DNA from: Patescibacteria group bacterium
GTDB taxonomy: Bacteria; Patescibacteriota; Microgenomatia; 2-02-FULL-39-11
DNA length: 64,000 nucleotides
NCBI GenBank assembly: GCA_023379265.1
Contig: JAMCUI010000004.1
Coordinates: 9,273-73,272, forward strand
Direction of reading: 5' to 3'
Part shown: piece after piece, positions 17,789 through 29,765 of the stretch
Position numbering within the stretch: position 1 is the first letter of the stretch
Layout: the number at the start of each line of letters is the position of its first letter
The notes under the pieces: generated by a model
Database searches by the model: none
Seen by the model: the letters and a program-made list of their open reading frames with translations, nothing else
Told to the model about the DNA's origin: nothing
Translations under genes and position numbers: made by a program

Positions 17789-20066
17789 AGGATTAGTTTA
17801 TCACAATATCCTTCTTCTACTCATCCCTGCGTTATTGATTTCATTTTTTTTCTTCAGGCTTTTCTTTCCCAATCCCTCACTCTTTATGATCCCGGATTTT
17901 GGCGAGAGCGACGTGTTACATCTTAACCTGCCACTAAAATTTATCCTTTCTCAATCGTTAAGAAGCAAAAACTGGCCTTTATGGACTCCTTATCTTGGTG
18001 GTGGATTTCCAATCCTTGCGGAAGGACAAATAGGGACCTTCTATCTGCCGAATCTGATCTCTTTCCGGTTTCTCCCGTTTATTACAGCATACAATCTAAA
18101 TCTTCTCTTTGCGTACGTTCTAATCTTTGCCGGTTCATTTTTATTCTTCAGGATTTTAAATTTATCAAAAACCGCCTCAATTGCCGCCGCTACAGTTTTT
18201 ACCTTTTCAGGATATTTATCAGTCCACCTCAACCATTTTGATCTCATCCAGGCAGCCTCACTGCTCCCCCTTATCTATTGGTCCGTAGTAAGGCTTTGGA
18301 AGAAAAAACACAACCTGCAATCAATAATTCTGACTTCATTCCTGCTTTCCCAACAGATATTTACGGGTCATTTTTATATTGTATTTATCACCCTTATTGG
18401 GGCAGCAATGATATTTCTCATGTTATATATATTTGATAGAAAAAATACGTCTATATCTCATTTCCTCTATAAATCGGGACTATTCTTATCGGCACTTCTT
18501 TTAACCTTTTTACTCTCAGCAATCCAGCTTTTCCCGACAATTGAACTCTGGAAACAATCAACAAGAAAAGCCGGCCTGGATTATAATACGGTGACGGCTT
18601 ATCCCTTTTCTTTCAAAGAGTTTGTCACCTTTCTCAAACCATATTTTTTTGGCAGCCCCGCAAACGGCACTTATCCTCAGTTTAGCAACGATTGGGGTGT
18701 TTTTTGGGAAAATACGGGATATATAGGAATAATTCCTCTTACCATGGCCCTTGCCTGCCTGCTGTTTTTCAGGGATAAAAGGGTAAGAATCGCCGCTGTA
18801 ATGTTATTTTTTTCCCTACTTCTTGTTTTGGGAAAAAATTCCCCATTATATTTCGTTTTTTCCTTTCCACCTTTTTCTTTTTTCCGCGTGCCTTCAAAAT
18901 TTCTCCTCTTAACTGATTTTTCGCTCGCTTTTCTGGTAGCAATTTTGCTGCATAAGACTTTAGAAAGCATAAGAGGTGTATATAAAAAATCTGCTTTATA
19001 TAAAACCAAGCTTATAACTGTACTTTTCCTACTTTGCTTACTGGCAGGGGGAATAGTAGGGGACGAGTATCACTTCTCATATTCATACCCGCCGACAACA
19101 CCAGCCAATTGGTGGACAACCCCCCCGGAAACCGCAAAACTATTACAGGCTCAACCAAAGGGCGGAGTCACTGATATCGGATCCAGAATCGCCTGGAATG
19201 AAATTTTTCTCACACATGGATGGGATGATATAAAACTTTTCTCCTACCTGAGAAATTATATTTATCCAAACTATAACTCACTATTTTCCCTAAAGGGATT
19301 TGATGTAAACACAGGAGGTCTAGTACCCATAAGGCAGAAACTGTTTATTTCCGCAGGCCAGCAATGGGATACCAAAAATAATATCGCTACAGTTAGCGCT
19401 GTGGCTAAAAATATCTTATCGCTTGCTGGAATACGCTATGTCTTGTCTCCTTATCGGCTGGACGGGATAAAAACTGAAATTGTCGATACGGTCAGATTTC
19501 CCGCAAAAAAAATCAGGCCTATCAGTATCTACAAAAATATATCAGCCTTGCCAAATGCTTATATGTCTTATAAAACCAAATTCATCTCCACTCTTGACGA
19601 GTTCTTCAACGCTTTGGAAAATCATAAGATTTTAACAGACAGGACTGTTCTAATAGAAAATAAACATTTAGCGGTAAATAATAACCCTGAAACCTTAAAT
19701 AATGTCAAGCTTATAAAATCACACGATAATCAAAATATTTGGAAAGTTTATACTGAAAACAAAGGTATTTTTGTCATTTCAGACACTTATTATCCGGGCT
19801 GGTCTGCAAATGTGGACGGAAAAAGCGTTCAAATAGCACCAGTAAACCTGACCCAACGGGGAATACCTTTGGAAATGGGAGAGCACACCGTAATTTTAAG
19901 ATATGAACCATTATCGTTTGCGCTGGGCAAATATACCACTTACGCGACAATGGTCATAATTGTTTCAGTTCTACTTGTTTCCCTCTCGATTTCTCATCAT
20001 AAAGTTTACGGTAAAACTCAGCCTTACCCTTATCCTGGAAACAAACGGCATAATTTATCGACATAA
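17742..20066 (+). CDS. YfhO-like large membrane protein (putative GT-C glycosyltransferase)
   Basis: 774 aa. N-terminal polytopic domain and C-terminal extracytoplasmic domain, the YfhO-family architecture. Assignment is by architecture only. Confidence 0.5.
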   Translation: MTIMDKKTIIKLRFAIGLVYHNILLLLIPALLISFFFFRLFFPNPSLFMIPDFGESDVLHLNLPLKFILSQSLRSKNWPLWTPYLGGGFPILAEGQIGTFYLPNLISFRFLPFITAYNLNLLFAYVLIFAGSFLFFRILNLSKTASIAAATVFTFSGYLSVHLNHFDLIQAASLLPLIYWSVVRLWKKKHNLQSIILTSFLLSQQIFTGHFYIVFITLIGAAMIFLMLYIFDRKNTSISHFLYKSGLFLSALLLTFLLSAIQLFPTIELWKQSTRKAGLDYNTVTAYPFSFKEFVTFLKPYFFGSPANGTYPQFSNDWGVFWENTGYIGIIPLTMALACLLFFRDKRVRIAAVMLFFSLLLVLGKNSPLYFVFSFPPFSFFRVPSKFLLLTDFSLAFLVAILLHKTLESIRGVYKKSALYKTKLITVLFLLCLLAGGIVGDEYHFSYSYPPTTPANWWTTPPETAKLLQAQPKGGVTDIGSRIAWNEIFLTHGWDDIKLFSYLRNYIYPNYNSLFSLKGFDVNTGGLVPIRQKLFISAGQQWDTKNNIATVSAVAKNILSLAGIRYVLSPYRLDGIKTEIVDTVRFPAKKIRPISIYKNISALPNAYMSYKTKFISTLDEFFNALENHKILTDRTVLIENKHLAVNNNPETLNNVKLIKSHDNQNIWKVYTENKGIFVISDTYYPGWSANVDGKSVQIAPVNLTQRGIPLEMGEHTVILRYEPLSFALGKYTTYATMVIIVSVLLVSLSISHHKVYGKTQPYPYPGNKRHNLST

Positions 20067-21963
20067 GAAAGTAAACTGTCGGGCTATCGGGAGAAATCTT
20101 TTCTGCCGCCTCAATCTGTTTTTTTGCGTCCTGACATCGCTTCTTCTCTATATATACCTGTGTCAGAATGGTATAACTGTCGCTGTCTCCTGGATTTAGA
20201 CTTTCGGCCCGCAAGAGATTCTTTTCCGCATCACCTGAATATCCGTTTTTAGCCTCCCAGAAGCCTGTTTCCTGACGCGCGGTAGAATAAATTGACAGGT
20301 TATCTGACAAAAGGAGGTTCTGGAAATGGGAAAGGCTGCCGGATAGTGGATCATGATAAATACTCCATAGTTTTTCGTTTTCTTTATGGATAAATTCTTT
20401 TTGGGGAACATCACCTTTTTCATAATATCTGAAAACTAAACCCCAGGGTATCCAAACTCCCTCCGTATTACCAAAAGCAAGTTTGCTGAAAACGGGAAAC
20501 TTACCATAGTTGTCCTTTACAAACGACTTAAACAGGAATACTGTGTCATCCGAATTTTGAGGTAAAGTCAAATCAGGATAACTCCTTTTCAGTTGGTCAA
20601 AATAGTAAGGAGTGCCGAATTTCCCCAGATGTATAAGTTTTACATCCGGCCGTATTTTCTGAGTGTAGTAGACATACTGTGTGTTGAAAAGGGGTGTGTC
20701 CGTGGAAATGACAAAAACACTGTTTTTGGGCAGGCTGGACAAAATATCATAAGCCAGGTTTTCTGCAGTAAAATCATCCCTGAGAATAGTGATTTTGGGA
20801 TAATTTATAAGAAAAATACCTACCGGATAAATAATAAACATAAGAACAAAAAGGCTTAAAACCGTATTACTCTTGGCTGAGGAAAACAAACGGGCAAGGA
20901 GCACCTTCATAAACAAATAAAGCTGTAACAGACCAAAGACGGTAAAAAAAGATAAAAGTATATAAAGCGGCTGGACAAAACGCTCAAAAGTACCAACCAG
21001 AAAATTCCCCACAAGTGGAAAAGAGGCATAAAAAATAAAAAAGAGATAAGAAACGGTCGAAAAAAGTAGCATAAAGAATACATCTCTTTTTTTCCTGAAT
21101 AAATAGAAAGATCCGGCAAGAATTAAAATTATCCCAAGAACACGGAAATCGTTAAAGACGAAATTAAATGCCGCCCAGACGTCTAAAGCCCGAAGCGCCG
21201 GTTCCATCATCACAAACGACCCGACCTTAAATGTCCCGTAGCCGGCGCGACTCACAAGCGCAACTACGTTTGAAGGCGTTACCTGACCTTGCCAGTTTAG
21301 AGGTGAATAAGATAATGAAGGAAGCAGAATATATATGTATGGCAAAAGGCCCGCGATAAAAAGAAATATAGATTTTATCAGTAAAGTCTTTCGAAATAGT
21401 CTTTTGTTTTTCCAAAAGAGCCATAAAAGGCCTGGTAAAACGAAAATAATTATCTGGTGGTGGGTAAAAGACAATCCAAGGAAGAATGAGAAGAGATAGA
21501 TATATTTGCTCCTTTTTTCTTTTGTAAACCGCAGAGCCGCCCAAAAAAGCAATATTATAAATAAATTGTTCAGCGCAAACACTTCCACTACTTCGCTATA
21601 GAGCCATACCGGATAAAGAAAGGCATAAGAAAAAACGCTTAAAAGGGGAATAAAAACTGATCCTCCCGTCAGAATATAAAAAATATCAAAAAGAAAAAGC
21701 AGGGAAATAAGCGAAGGAATACTGGATAAAAACCCCACTTTCCAAGCGGCAGTACCTCCCGTAACAAACTTTAGAATTAAAATTCCAAGAGAAGTATAAA
21801 GAGGATAACCCGGCGGATGGGGAATACCTGCTGTCACAATGGCGGAGACCAGATCACCTGCATCTCCGCCATAGATTGTCTTTAATTGATAATATAAGTA
21901 TAGGCTACCGCATATAAAAAATATACTCAGTAGCCCGAGAAAATATCTTTTTTCTTTTACCAC
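19954..21963 (-). CDS. DUF2723 (TMEM260-like) membrane glycosyltransferase-like protein with C-terminal TPR repeats
   Basis: N-terminal GGDAGDLVSAIVTAGIPHPPGYPLYT matches the DUF2723 signature. Many TM helices. The C-terminus carries TPR-like repeats. Confidence 0.6.
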   Translation of the reverse strand: MVKEKRYFLGLLSIFFICGSLYLYYQLKTIYGGDAGDLVSAIVTAGIPHPPGYPLYTSLGILILKFVTGGTAAWKVGFLSSIPSLISLLFLFDIFYILTGGSVFIPLLSVFSYAFLYPVWLYSEVVEVFALNNLFIILLFWAALRFTKEKRSKYIYLFSFFLGLSFTHHQIIIFVLPGLLWLFWKNKRLFRKTLLIKSIFLFIAGLLPYIYILLPSLSYSPLNWQGQVTPSNVVALVSRAGYGTFKVGSFVMMEPALRALDVWAAFNFVFNDFRVLGIILILAGSFYLFRKKRDVFFMLLFSTVSYLFFIFYASFPLVGNFLVGTFERFVQPLYILLSFFTVFGLLQLYLFMKVLLARLFSSAKSNTVLSLFVLMFIIYPVGIFLINYPKITILRDDFTAENLAYDILSSLPKNSVFVISTDTPLFNTQYVYYTQKIRPDVKLIHLGKFGTPYYFDQLKRSYPDLTLPQNSDDTVFLFKSFVKDNYGKFPVFSKLAFGNTEGVWIPWGLVFRYYEKGDVPQKEFIHKENEKLWSIYHDPLSGSLSHFQNLLLSDNLSIYSTARQETGFWEAKNGYSGDAEKNLLRAESLNPGDSDSYTILTQVYIEKKRCQDAKKQIEAAEKISPDSPTVYFLMSINYAVCFQDKGKAEFYRKLYDEKSRGKQVELKQL

Positions 21964-22016
21964 TTCTTCAACCTATTTCCGTCCCCTGTAACACGCAGGT
22001 TACAGGGGAAAAGTAC

Positions 22017-22571
22017 TTATTTAATACACCAGTAACAGGCAGTACCCGTCGAAGTTACGGAGAGACAATTTGCTCCCGTTGATCCATCACTATTATATTT
22101 TGCGTTCGCATCATTCCCGAAAGATTTCGACTGAGGAAGGAAACATACGGTCACATTTTGTGTAACTCCGTTTACATCAGCTGTAGACGTCATGTATATT
22201 TTGCCCAAATTGCCCGATCCGGCCAACTGGATAAACTCGGGTTTCAATTCTCCTGCACTTATTATCTGGTTCAGGTAGCCGTTTGGAGCACTAGTCATAT
22301 TCGTATTGGACAGTTGCATAGCATTGACATCAGTCGTCCACGGCCAGACATTCTTGACTGAATAATACCTGATAGCGGAATTATAAACCTCCTCAGCTGT
22401 ATTTCTGGTAGAAGTATCGGTTCCTTTCTTTAACTGCTCAAATGGGTCAACTGTCGCCAGAAGACCTACGGCTAAAGCTCCCAAAAGAGCTATAACGATA
22501 AGAAGCTCAATAAGCGTAAAACCTTTACTTAGAGATGAACGGACAGTTTTAATTTTCAATTCAATTTTCAC
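22017..22571 (-). CDS. type IV pilin, candidate major pilin
   Basis: …SLSKG|FTLIELLIVIALLGALAVGLLA. Located directly downstream of pilB-pilT-pilC. Confidence 0.8.
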   Translation of the reverse strand: MKIELKIKTVRSSLSKGFTLIELLIVIALLGALAVGLLATVDPFEQLKKGTDTSTRNTAEEVYNSAIRYYSVKNVWPWTTDVNAMQLSNTNMTSAPNGYLNQIISAGELKPEFIQLAGSGNLGKIYMTSTADVNGVTQNVTVCFLPQSKSFGNDANAKYNSDGSTGANCLSVTSTGTACYWCIK

Positions 22572-22621
22572 CCCCTCCAGAAAAATAAAGGATTTTTATC
22601 CGAATCAATAATATCTTTTAA

Positions 22622-23824
22622 CTAAAACTTGCTGGTCAACGAATATATTGGCAATAGCACTGCCATCACTAAAAACCCCACTCCAAGGCCCAATACAACC
22701 ATGATAAGTGGTTCCATAAGGGTTGTCAAGGAACGTATGCCGTTCTCCGCTTCTGTCTGAAAATATATGGATAATTTATACAGGGCGTCACCCAATTTTC
22801 CAGTCTGTTCACCTACAGTCACCATTTGCGGCAATATTGGAGGGAAAAGGCTGGGATCTGATAACGGCTCTGAGAGAGGTAAACCTTTTTCTACCTTTTT
22901 GGCAGCCAGTGAAAAAGCCTCCTGATATAATACGTTACCCGTGGCGTCCTGCGAAATTTTAAGAGCAAGAAGGATGGGGACACCTCCTTCAACAAGCATC
23001 GACAGAGTTCTGGTCACCTCAACTAAAGTGGATTCCCTCACCAAATTTCCAAATACCGGAATCTTAAGAGAAATTGTAGCTAAAATATGTTTACCCAACC
23101 AGGTTTGTTTCCATTTCAAAAATGCGGTAACAAATACTACGATACCGATAATAAGAAAATACCAGCTGTGTAACATCAGGTTTGATATAAAAATGAGAAT
23201 CTGTGTAGGCAGAGGCAAATCCACGCCAAATTCCATATACATTGAAGACAATCTTGGTATCACAACAGTCATCACTATTACTGTAACTATACCCATACCG
23301 GTTATGACTACAGCAGGATACATCAGTGTTCCTCTGACTTTGCTCTGGAAATCTCTTGACTTCTCCAGATTATCCGCCAGTCTAGTCAATATCACATCAA
23401 GCTTACCTGAGGCTTCTCCTGCTTTTACTAATGCAATATAAATCGGTGGGAAAACTTTAGGATATTTTTCCAATACATCCGCAAAAGCCTTTCCACCCTG
23501 CACCTCATCTTCAATTTGGCTGACAAGCTTGAGGGATGAAGGATTATTCATCTGCTGTTGCAATATATTTAAGGCTTCAACCAGCGTCAGTCCGGCCGTA
23601 ATCATTGTCGCCAGCTGTCTAGTAATATGGACCAGATCGCTAAAACTTATCTTACTCCCTGAAGCGGAAAGATTTAAGATCGGTTTTGAGGTCTCCTTCA
23701 AAGAAACGACAAAAAAACCTCTTTCGTGCAAGAGTGAAAGAGCCTGTTGGTTAGTAACCGCTTCAACCACGCCTTTTTGAGTCTTGCCTTCGGCATCCTT
23801 CACCTGATAAGAAAAACGTGACAT
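22622..23824 (-). CDS. pilC: type IV pilus assembly platform protein (GspF/PilC family)
   Basis: Two T2SSF-type repeats with 3-4 TM helices and the conserved MVTVGEQTGKL motif. Confidence 0.85.
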   Translation of the reverse strand: MSRFSYQVKDAEGKTQKGVVEAVTNQQALSLLHERGFFVVSLKETSKPILNLSASGSKISFSDLVHITRQLATMITAGLTLVEALNILQQQMNNPSSLKLVSQIEDEVQGGKAFADVLEKYPKVFPPIYIALVKAGEASGKLDVILTRLADNLEKSRDFQSKVRGTLMYPAVVITGMGIVTVIVMTVVIPRLSSMYMEFGVDLPLPTQILIFISNLMLHSWYFLIIGIVVFVTAFLKWKQTWLGKHILATISLKIPVFGNLVRESTLVEVTRTLSMLVEGGVPILLALKISQDATGNVLYQEAFSLAAKKVEKGLPLSEPLSDPSLFPPILPQMVTVGEQTGKLGDALYKLSIYFQTEAENGIRSLTTLMEPLIMVVLGLGVGFLVMAVLLPIYSLTSKF

Positions 23825-23840
23825 AATTAGTGTTTGATCA

Positions 23841-24908
23841 TCAGTGTTCCATCAATTGTAAATACCTATCAGGCCGCAAAGCGTATTCCAATGCGACATC
23901 ATGGGAAATAATATTCTGCTCTACCATTTGCCTCAAATTTTCCTCAAAAAGCATCATTCCTGTTTCGGCGGATGTCTGAATAATATTGTCAATCAGATGA
24001 GTTTTCCCCTCCCGGATGGTATTTTTTACACCGGCTGTACCCAAGAGTATTTCACACACAGGTACCCTTCCCCCGGAAGTGCTCGGTACCAACCTCTGTG
24101 AAACAACGCCTGACAACACCATGGAAAGCTGCAATCTCACTTGGGACTGCACGCCGGGCGGAAAACTATCAATAATCCTGTCAATCGTCTGGGAAGTGGA
24201 ATTGGTATGCAATGTCGAGAAGACAAGATGACCAGTTTCAGCAATAGTCAGTGCAGAAGAGATAGTATCATAATCCCTCATCTCACCAACATAGACTATG
24301 TCCGGATCTTCACGAAGTACATTTTTCAGTGCCCCAGCCCATGAATGCGTATCCTGATACATTTCCCGTTGGGATATGATTGATTTTCCCTTTGCGTAAA
24401 CATACTCAATTGGATCCTCAATTGTCACGATATGGCACATCCTACTGACATTTATTTCAGCAATAATAGAGGCGAGAGTAGTAGACTTACCTTGGCCTGA
24501 TGCGCCAGTAAGAAGTATAAATCCTTGGCGCATTTTGACAAATTCATGCAGAATCTGCGGCAGATGAAGTTCTTCTACGGTGGCGACTCTTGAGGGAATA
24601 AGCCTGAACTCTGCAGCAAGGGAATCGCGCTGGTAATAGGCATTTCCGCGAAAACGGTACTCCCTTTTATCATCGGTTTCAAAAACTGAGGAAAAATCAA
24701 GTTCCCTATTTGCAATTAAAAGTTCCTTCTGGGCAGGATTGAGAAGGCTGTAGACCATCTGCTCAATATCCGCAGATGATATCTGGGGGAAAGTAATAAG
24801 AGCATGCAACTCGCCATGAATCCTCAGAGTAGGCACATGGTTTACCACAAGATGCAAATCTGAAGCATTTCTGGAAATCGTAACTGCAAATAATTCCCTT
24901 ATATCCAT
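23841..24908 (-). CDS. pilT: twitching-motility retraction ATPase PilT
   Basis: 355 aa. Walker A GASGQGKSTT and the PilT-type His box. Confidence 0.85.
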   Translation of the reverse strand: MDIRELFAVTISRNASDLHLVVNHVPTLRIHGELHALITFPQISSADIEQMVYSLLNPAQKELLIANRELDFSSVFETDDKREYRFRGNAYYQRDSLAAEFRLIPSRVATVEELHLPQILHEFVKMRQGFILLTGASGQGKSTTLASIIAEINVSRMCHIVTIEDPIEYVYAKGKSIISQREMYQDTHSWAGALKNVLREDPDIVYVGEMRDYDTISSALTIAETGHLVFSTLHTNSTSQTIDRIIDSFPPGVQSQVRLQLSMVLSGVVSQRLVPSTSGGRVPVCEILLGTAGVKNTIREGKTHLIDNIIQTSAETGMMLFEENLRQMVEQNIISHDVALEYALRPDRYLQLMEH

Positions 24909-24916
24909 AATAATCT

Positions 24917-26614
24917 TTATTCCTCCGCCACTCTTATAACCTCTTCTATAGTAGTAGTCCCATCCAAAACCTTGAGATATCCATCCTGTTTTAATGTAAT
25001 CATGCTTTCCTCCCGCGCCTGATTTTCAATCGCTTCTGCAGTTGCCCTCTCCATAATAAGCTTGGCTATCGAAGGAGAAACGATAATTACTTCGAAAATC
25101 CCTACTCTTCCTAAATAACCTGTATTATTACACTCCTTACAACCCTTCCCCCTGTATAAAACAATATCCTGTTTGTCTGGTGGATAAAGCTTGCCCAAAA
25201 CATTTTTGATATCAGCTACAACTTGAGGAGTAGGCTTATAAGTTTCCTTGCATGCTGTACAAATTTTCCTAGTAATTCTTTGGGCTTCAACAGCATTAAG
25301 GACTGACACCACCAGAAACGGTTCGGCACCCAAATCCAAAAGTCTTGGTATGGCTGTGGCCGCATTATTGGTATGCAGTGTAGAAAAGACCAAATGGCCT
25401 GTCAGAGCTGCCTGAACAGCCAGGTTCATTGTCTCATTATCCCTTATCTCACCAACAAGAATGATATTTGGGTCCTGACGAAGAAAAGAACGGAGTCCTG
25501 AAGCAAAAGTGAGACCGGCTGTGGGATTTATCTGAACCTGGCTTAGTCCCACAATTTCATACTCCACCGGATCTTCCAGGGTGACTATATTTACTTTCTC
25601 TGTATTCAGCTTTGACAGAACCGAATATAAGGTAGTGGTTTTCCCAGAACCGGTAGGCCCGGTTACAAGTATTATACCATGGGGCCTGGTGATGGCATTG
25701 TTTAGATAATTAAGCGATATGCCGTGTAACCCCAATTCGGGCAGATCCGGAATACCGCCAGTTTTCTTCAGAAGCCTCATCACAATCTTCTCTCCGTGTA
25801 CAGTAGGCAGTGAGGAAACACGAAGGTCGATCTCATCACTTCCCAGTTTGAAATTAAAACGCCCATCCTGGGGAACCCTCCTTTCATCAATCTTCATTGC
25901 AGACAGTATTTTTATTCTTGAGACAACAGCTTCATGCACTGACCTTGGAAGAGCTAATTTTTCGTGAAGTATACCATCGATACGATAGCGAACGCGGGTA
26001 CGCGTTTCCTGCGGTTCTATATGGACGTCTGAAGCCCTGCTGCGCACAGCATACTCAAGAATGGTAGACACTATTTTGGCAATAGGGGCTTCCTTTATAA
26101 TCTGACCTAACTGTTTTGCGTCAATAGTCTTTACCGTTGCAGTCTCTTTGAGAGCTTCGGAAACTTCAGTAGAAAGGCCGGCTGAGTAAACTTCTTCTAT
26201 CTTCTGAGTAATCTCGCTTTCTTTGGCCAGGTAAGATACTATTGATTTTCCGGATTTTTGCTCCAGAAATTCAATAAGAGGCAAATCAAGAGGATCCACC
26301 ATCGCAATTTTTAATTTGTTGGCTTTTTTATCAAGATCAAAAGGAACCAGTCTGTATTTCCGCGCCACAGGCTCAGGGATAAAAGTCAGAATCTCAGGAG
26401 ATATGCCTCTACCTGATAGGGAAACAAACGGCACGTGATCAATTTTTGCTTTCGCCTCTAAAACTGCATCCTCACTTACCAAATTTTTGGAAAGAAGTAT
26501 TTCAATAGTGCTTTTTCCGGAGTTAAGAGCGCTCAATTTCACCTCATCGGCAATCGTTTGGGAAATTAAACCCTCTTCAACAAGTATCGCTAATAGTTGC
26601 TGGCTGTTATCCAT
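24917..26614 (-). CDS. pilB: type IV pilus extension ATPase PilB (GspE family)
   Basis: 565 aa. N-terminal GSPII_E_N-like domain, Walker A GPTGSGKTTT and a tetra-Cys motif CTACKE...CKEC. Confidence 0.85.
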   Translation of the reverse strand: MDNSQQLLAILVEEGLISQTIADEVKLSALNSGKSTIEILLSKNLVSEDAVLEAKAKIDHVPFVSLSGRGISPEILTFIPEPVARKYRLVPFDLDKKANKLKIAMVDPLDLPLIEFLEQKSGKSIVSYLAKESEITQKIEEVYSAGLSTEVSEALKETATVKTIDAKQLGQIIKEAPIAKIVSTILEYAVRSRASDVHIEPQETRTRVRYRIDGILHEKLALPRSVHEAVVSRIKILSAMKIDERRVPQDGRFNFKLGSDEIDLRVSSLPTVHGEKIVMRLLKKTGGIPDLPELGLHGISLNYLNNAITRPHGIILVTGPTGSGKTTTLYSVLSKLNTEKVNIVTLEDPVEYEIVGLSQVQINPTAGLTFASGLRSFLRQDPNIILVGEIRDNETMNLAVQAALTGHLVFSTLHTNNAATAIPRLLDLGAEPFLVVSVLNAVEAQRITRKICTACKETYKPTPQVVADIKNVLGKLYPPDKQDIVLYRGKGCKECNNTGYLGRVGIFEVIIVSPSIAKLIMERATAEAIENQAREESMITLKQDGYLKVLDGTTTIEEVIRVAEE

Positions 26615-26796
26615 GGGCAGTTTATTTATAATTTATCCAACAAATCCACTACACTATAAAACAGTGTTAAATCAGAATCTTTATCTCATTATCTCCATTT
26701 TGGAGTATAATTGTCAACAGAACAAATACATAGACCACCTTCCACTGCAGCTGAATTTCAGGATAAGAGTGAAAATGGCTGTACGGGGCAGAAAAT

Positions 26797-27501
26797 ATGC
26801 AAACATTTCTTTTAGTCTCATCTGATAAAAAATTTATAAAAAAGGCAACTGATGACATGGTAAATAAACTGGGGGTCTCAGATTACAATCTGCACCCAAT
26901 TTATCCCGAACCCTCAATCGGTATAGGACAGGTCAGAAAAATCACCCAACTTATAACAGTCAAAACCTACGCGGGAGGCAACAGGCTTATCATCATAAAC
27001 GATATGGGTAAAGCAACAACCGAGGCGCAAAATGCGCTTTTGAAAATTCTTGAAGAGCCTCCTTTGGGAACTTATTTTCTCTTAACCGTAGATAATGCCG
27101 ACAGACTTTTGCCAACCATAATATCCCGTTCCCAGATTATTTCAAACAGGCTTAGAGATGACAACGAAAGTTCCCCTGTTTCAAAAATCTCTGACCTTAT
27201 AAATCAGGTTATTAACTCAAGTGAAGGTGATCGCCTGATAATTTCCGCTGCCCAGGCAAAATCAAAAGAAGATACTATTATATTAATGGATAATATAGTA
27301 TCGGCGCTGGAAAAAAATATGCAGCAAAACGCCAATACAATTCCTCTCTCCCGGGCAGATACGGCACTTCTTATAAGAAAAGTTCTGGCAGCCAAGGAAT
27401 ATATAAACAGAAATGTAAATTATAAAACCACACTGGATCTTCTATTTTTAGGCTTCCCGAATAAACAACTCTCCCTTAAACCCTCACCCCTCCCTCAATA
27501 A
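26797..27501 (+). CDS. holB: DNA polymerase III delta-prime-like subunit (short)
   Basis: ATTEAQNALLKILEEPP clamp-loader sensor motif. The protein is shorter than canonical delta-prime. Confidence 0.6.
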   Translation: MQTFLLVSSDKKFIKKATDDMVNKLGVSDYNLHPIYPEPSIGIGQVRKITQLITVKTYAGGNRLIIINDMGKATTEAQNALLKILEEPPLGTYFLLTVDNADRLLPTIISRSQIISNRLRDDNESSPVSKISDLINQVINSSEGDRLIISAAQAKSKEDTIILMDNIVSALEKNMQQNANTIPLSRADTALLIRKVLAAKEYINRNVNYKTTLDLLFLGFPNKQLSLKPSPLPQ

Positions 27502-27525
27502 TTTTTAATTCCTAAATTTTAATAA

Positions 27526-29700
<2,175 letters not shown>

Positions 29701-29765
29701 TGTTATATTAGATATAGCAGAAATAATAAATATATTATAAACAGCCTGATCAATTAGGAGGATAT

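Noticed and set aside
22941-23441. 166-aa + strand ORF, and many other 60-170 aa ORFs antisense to pilC, yebC, gyrA, dnaB and others (for example 40010..40513, 32940..33398, 57430..57930)
   Set aside because: These are shadow ORFs inside well-supported genes on the opposite strand. They have biased composition and no motifs.
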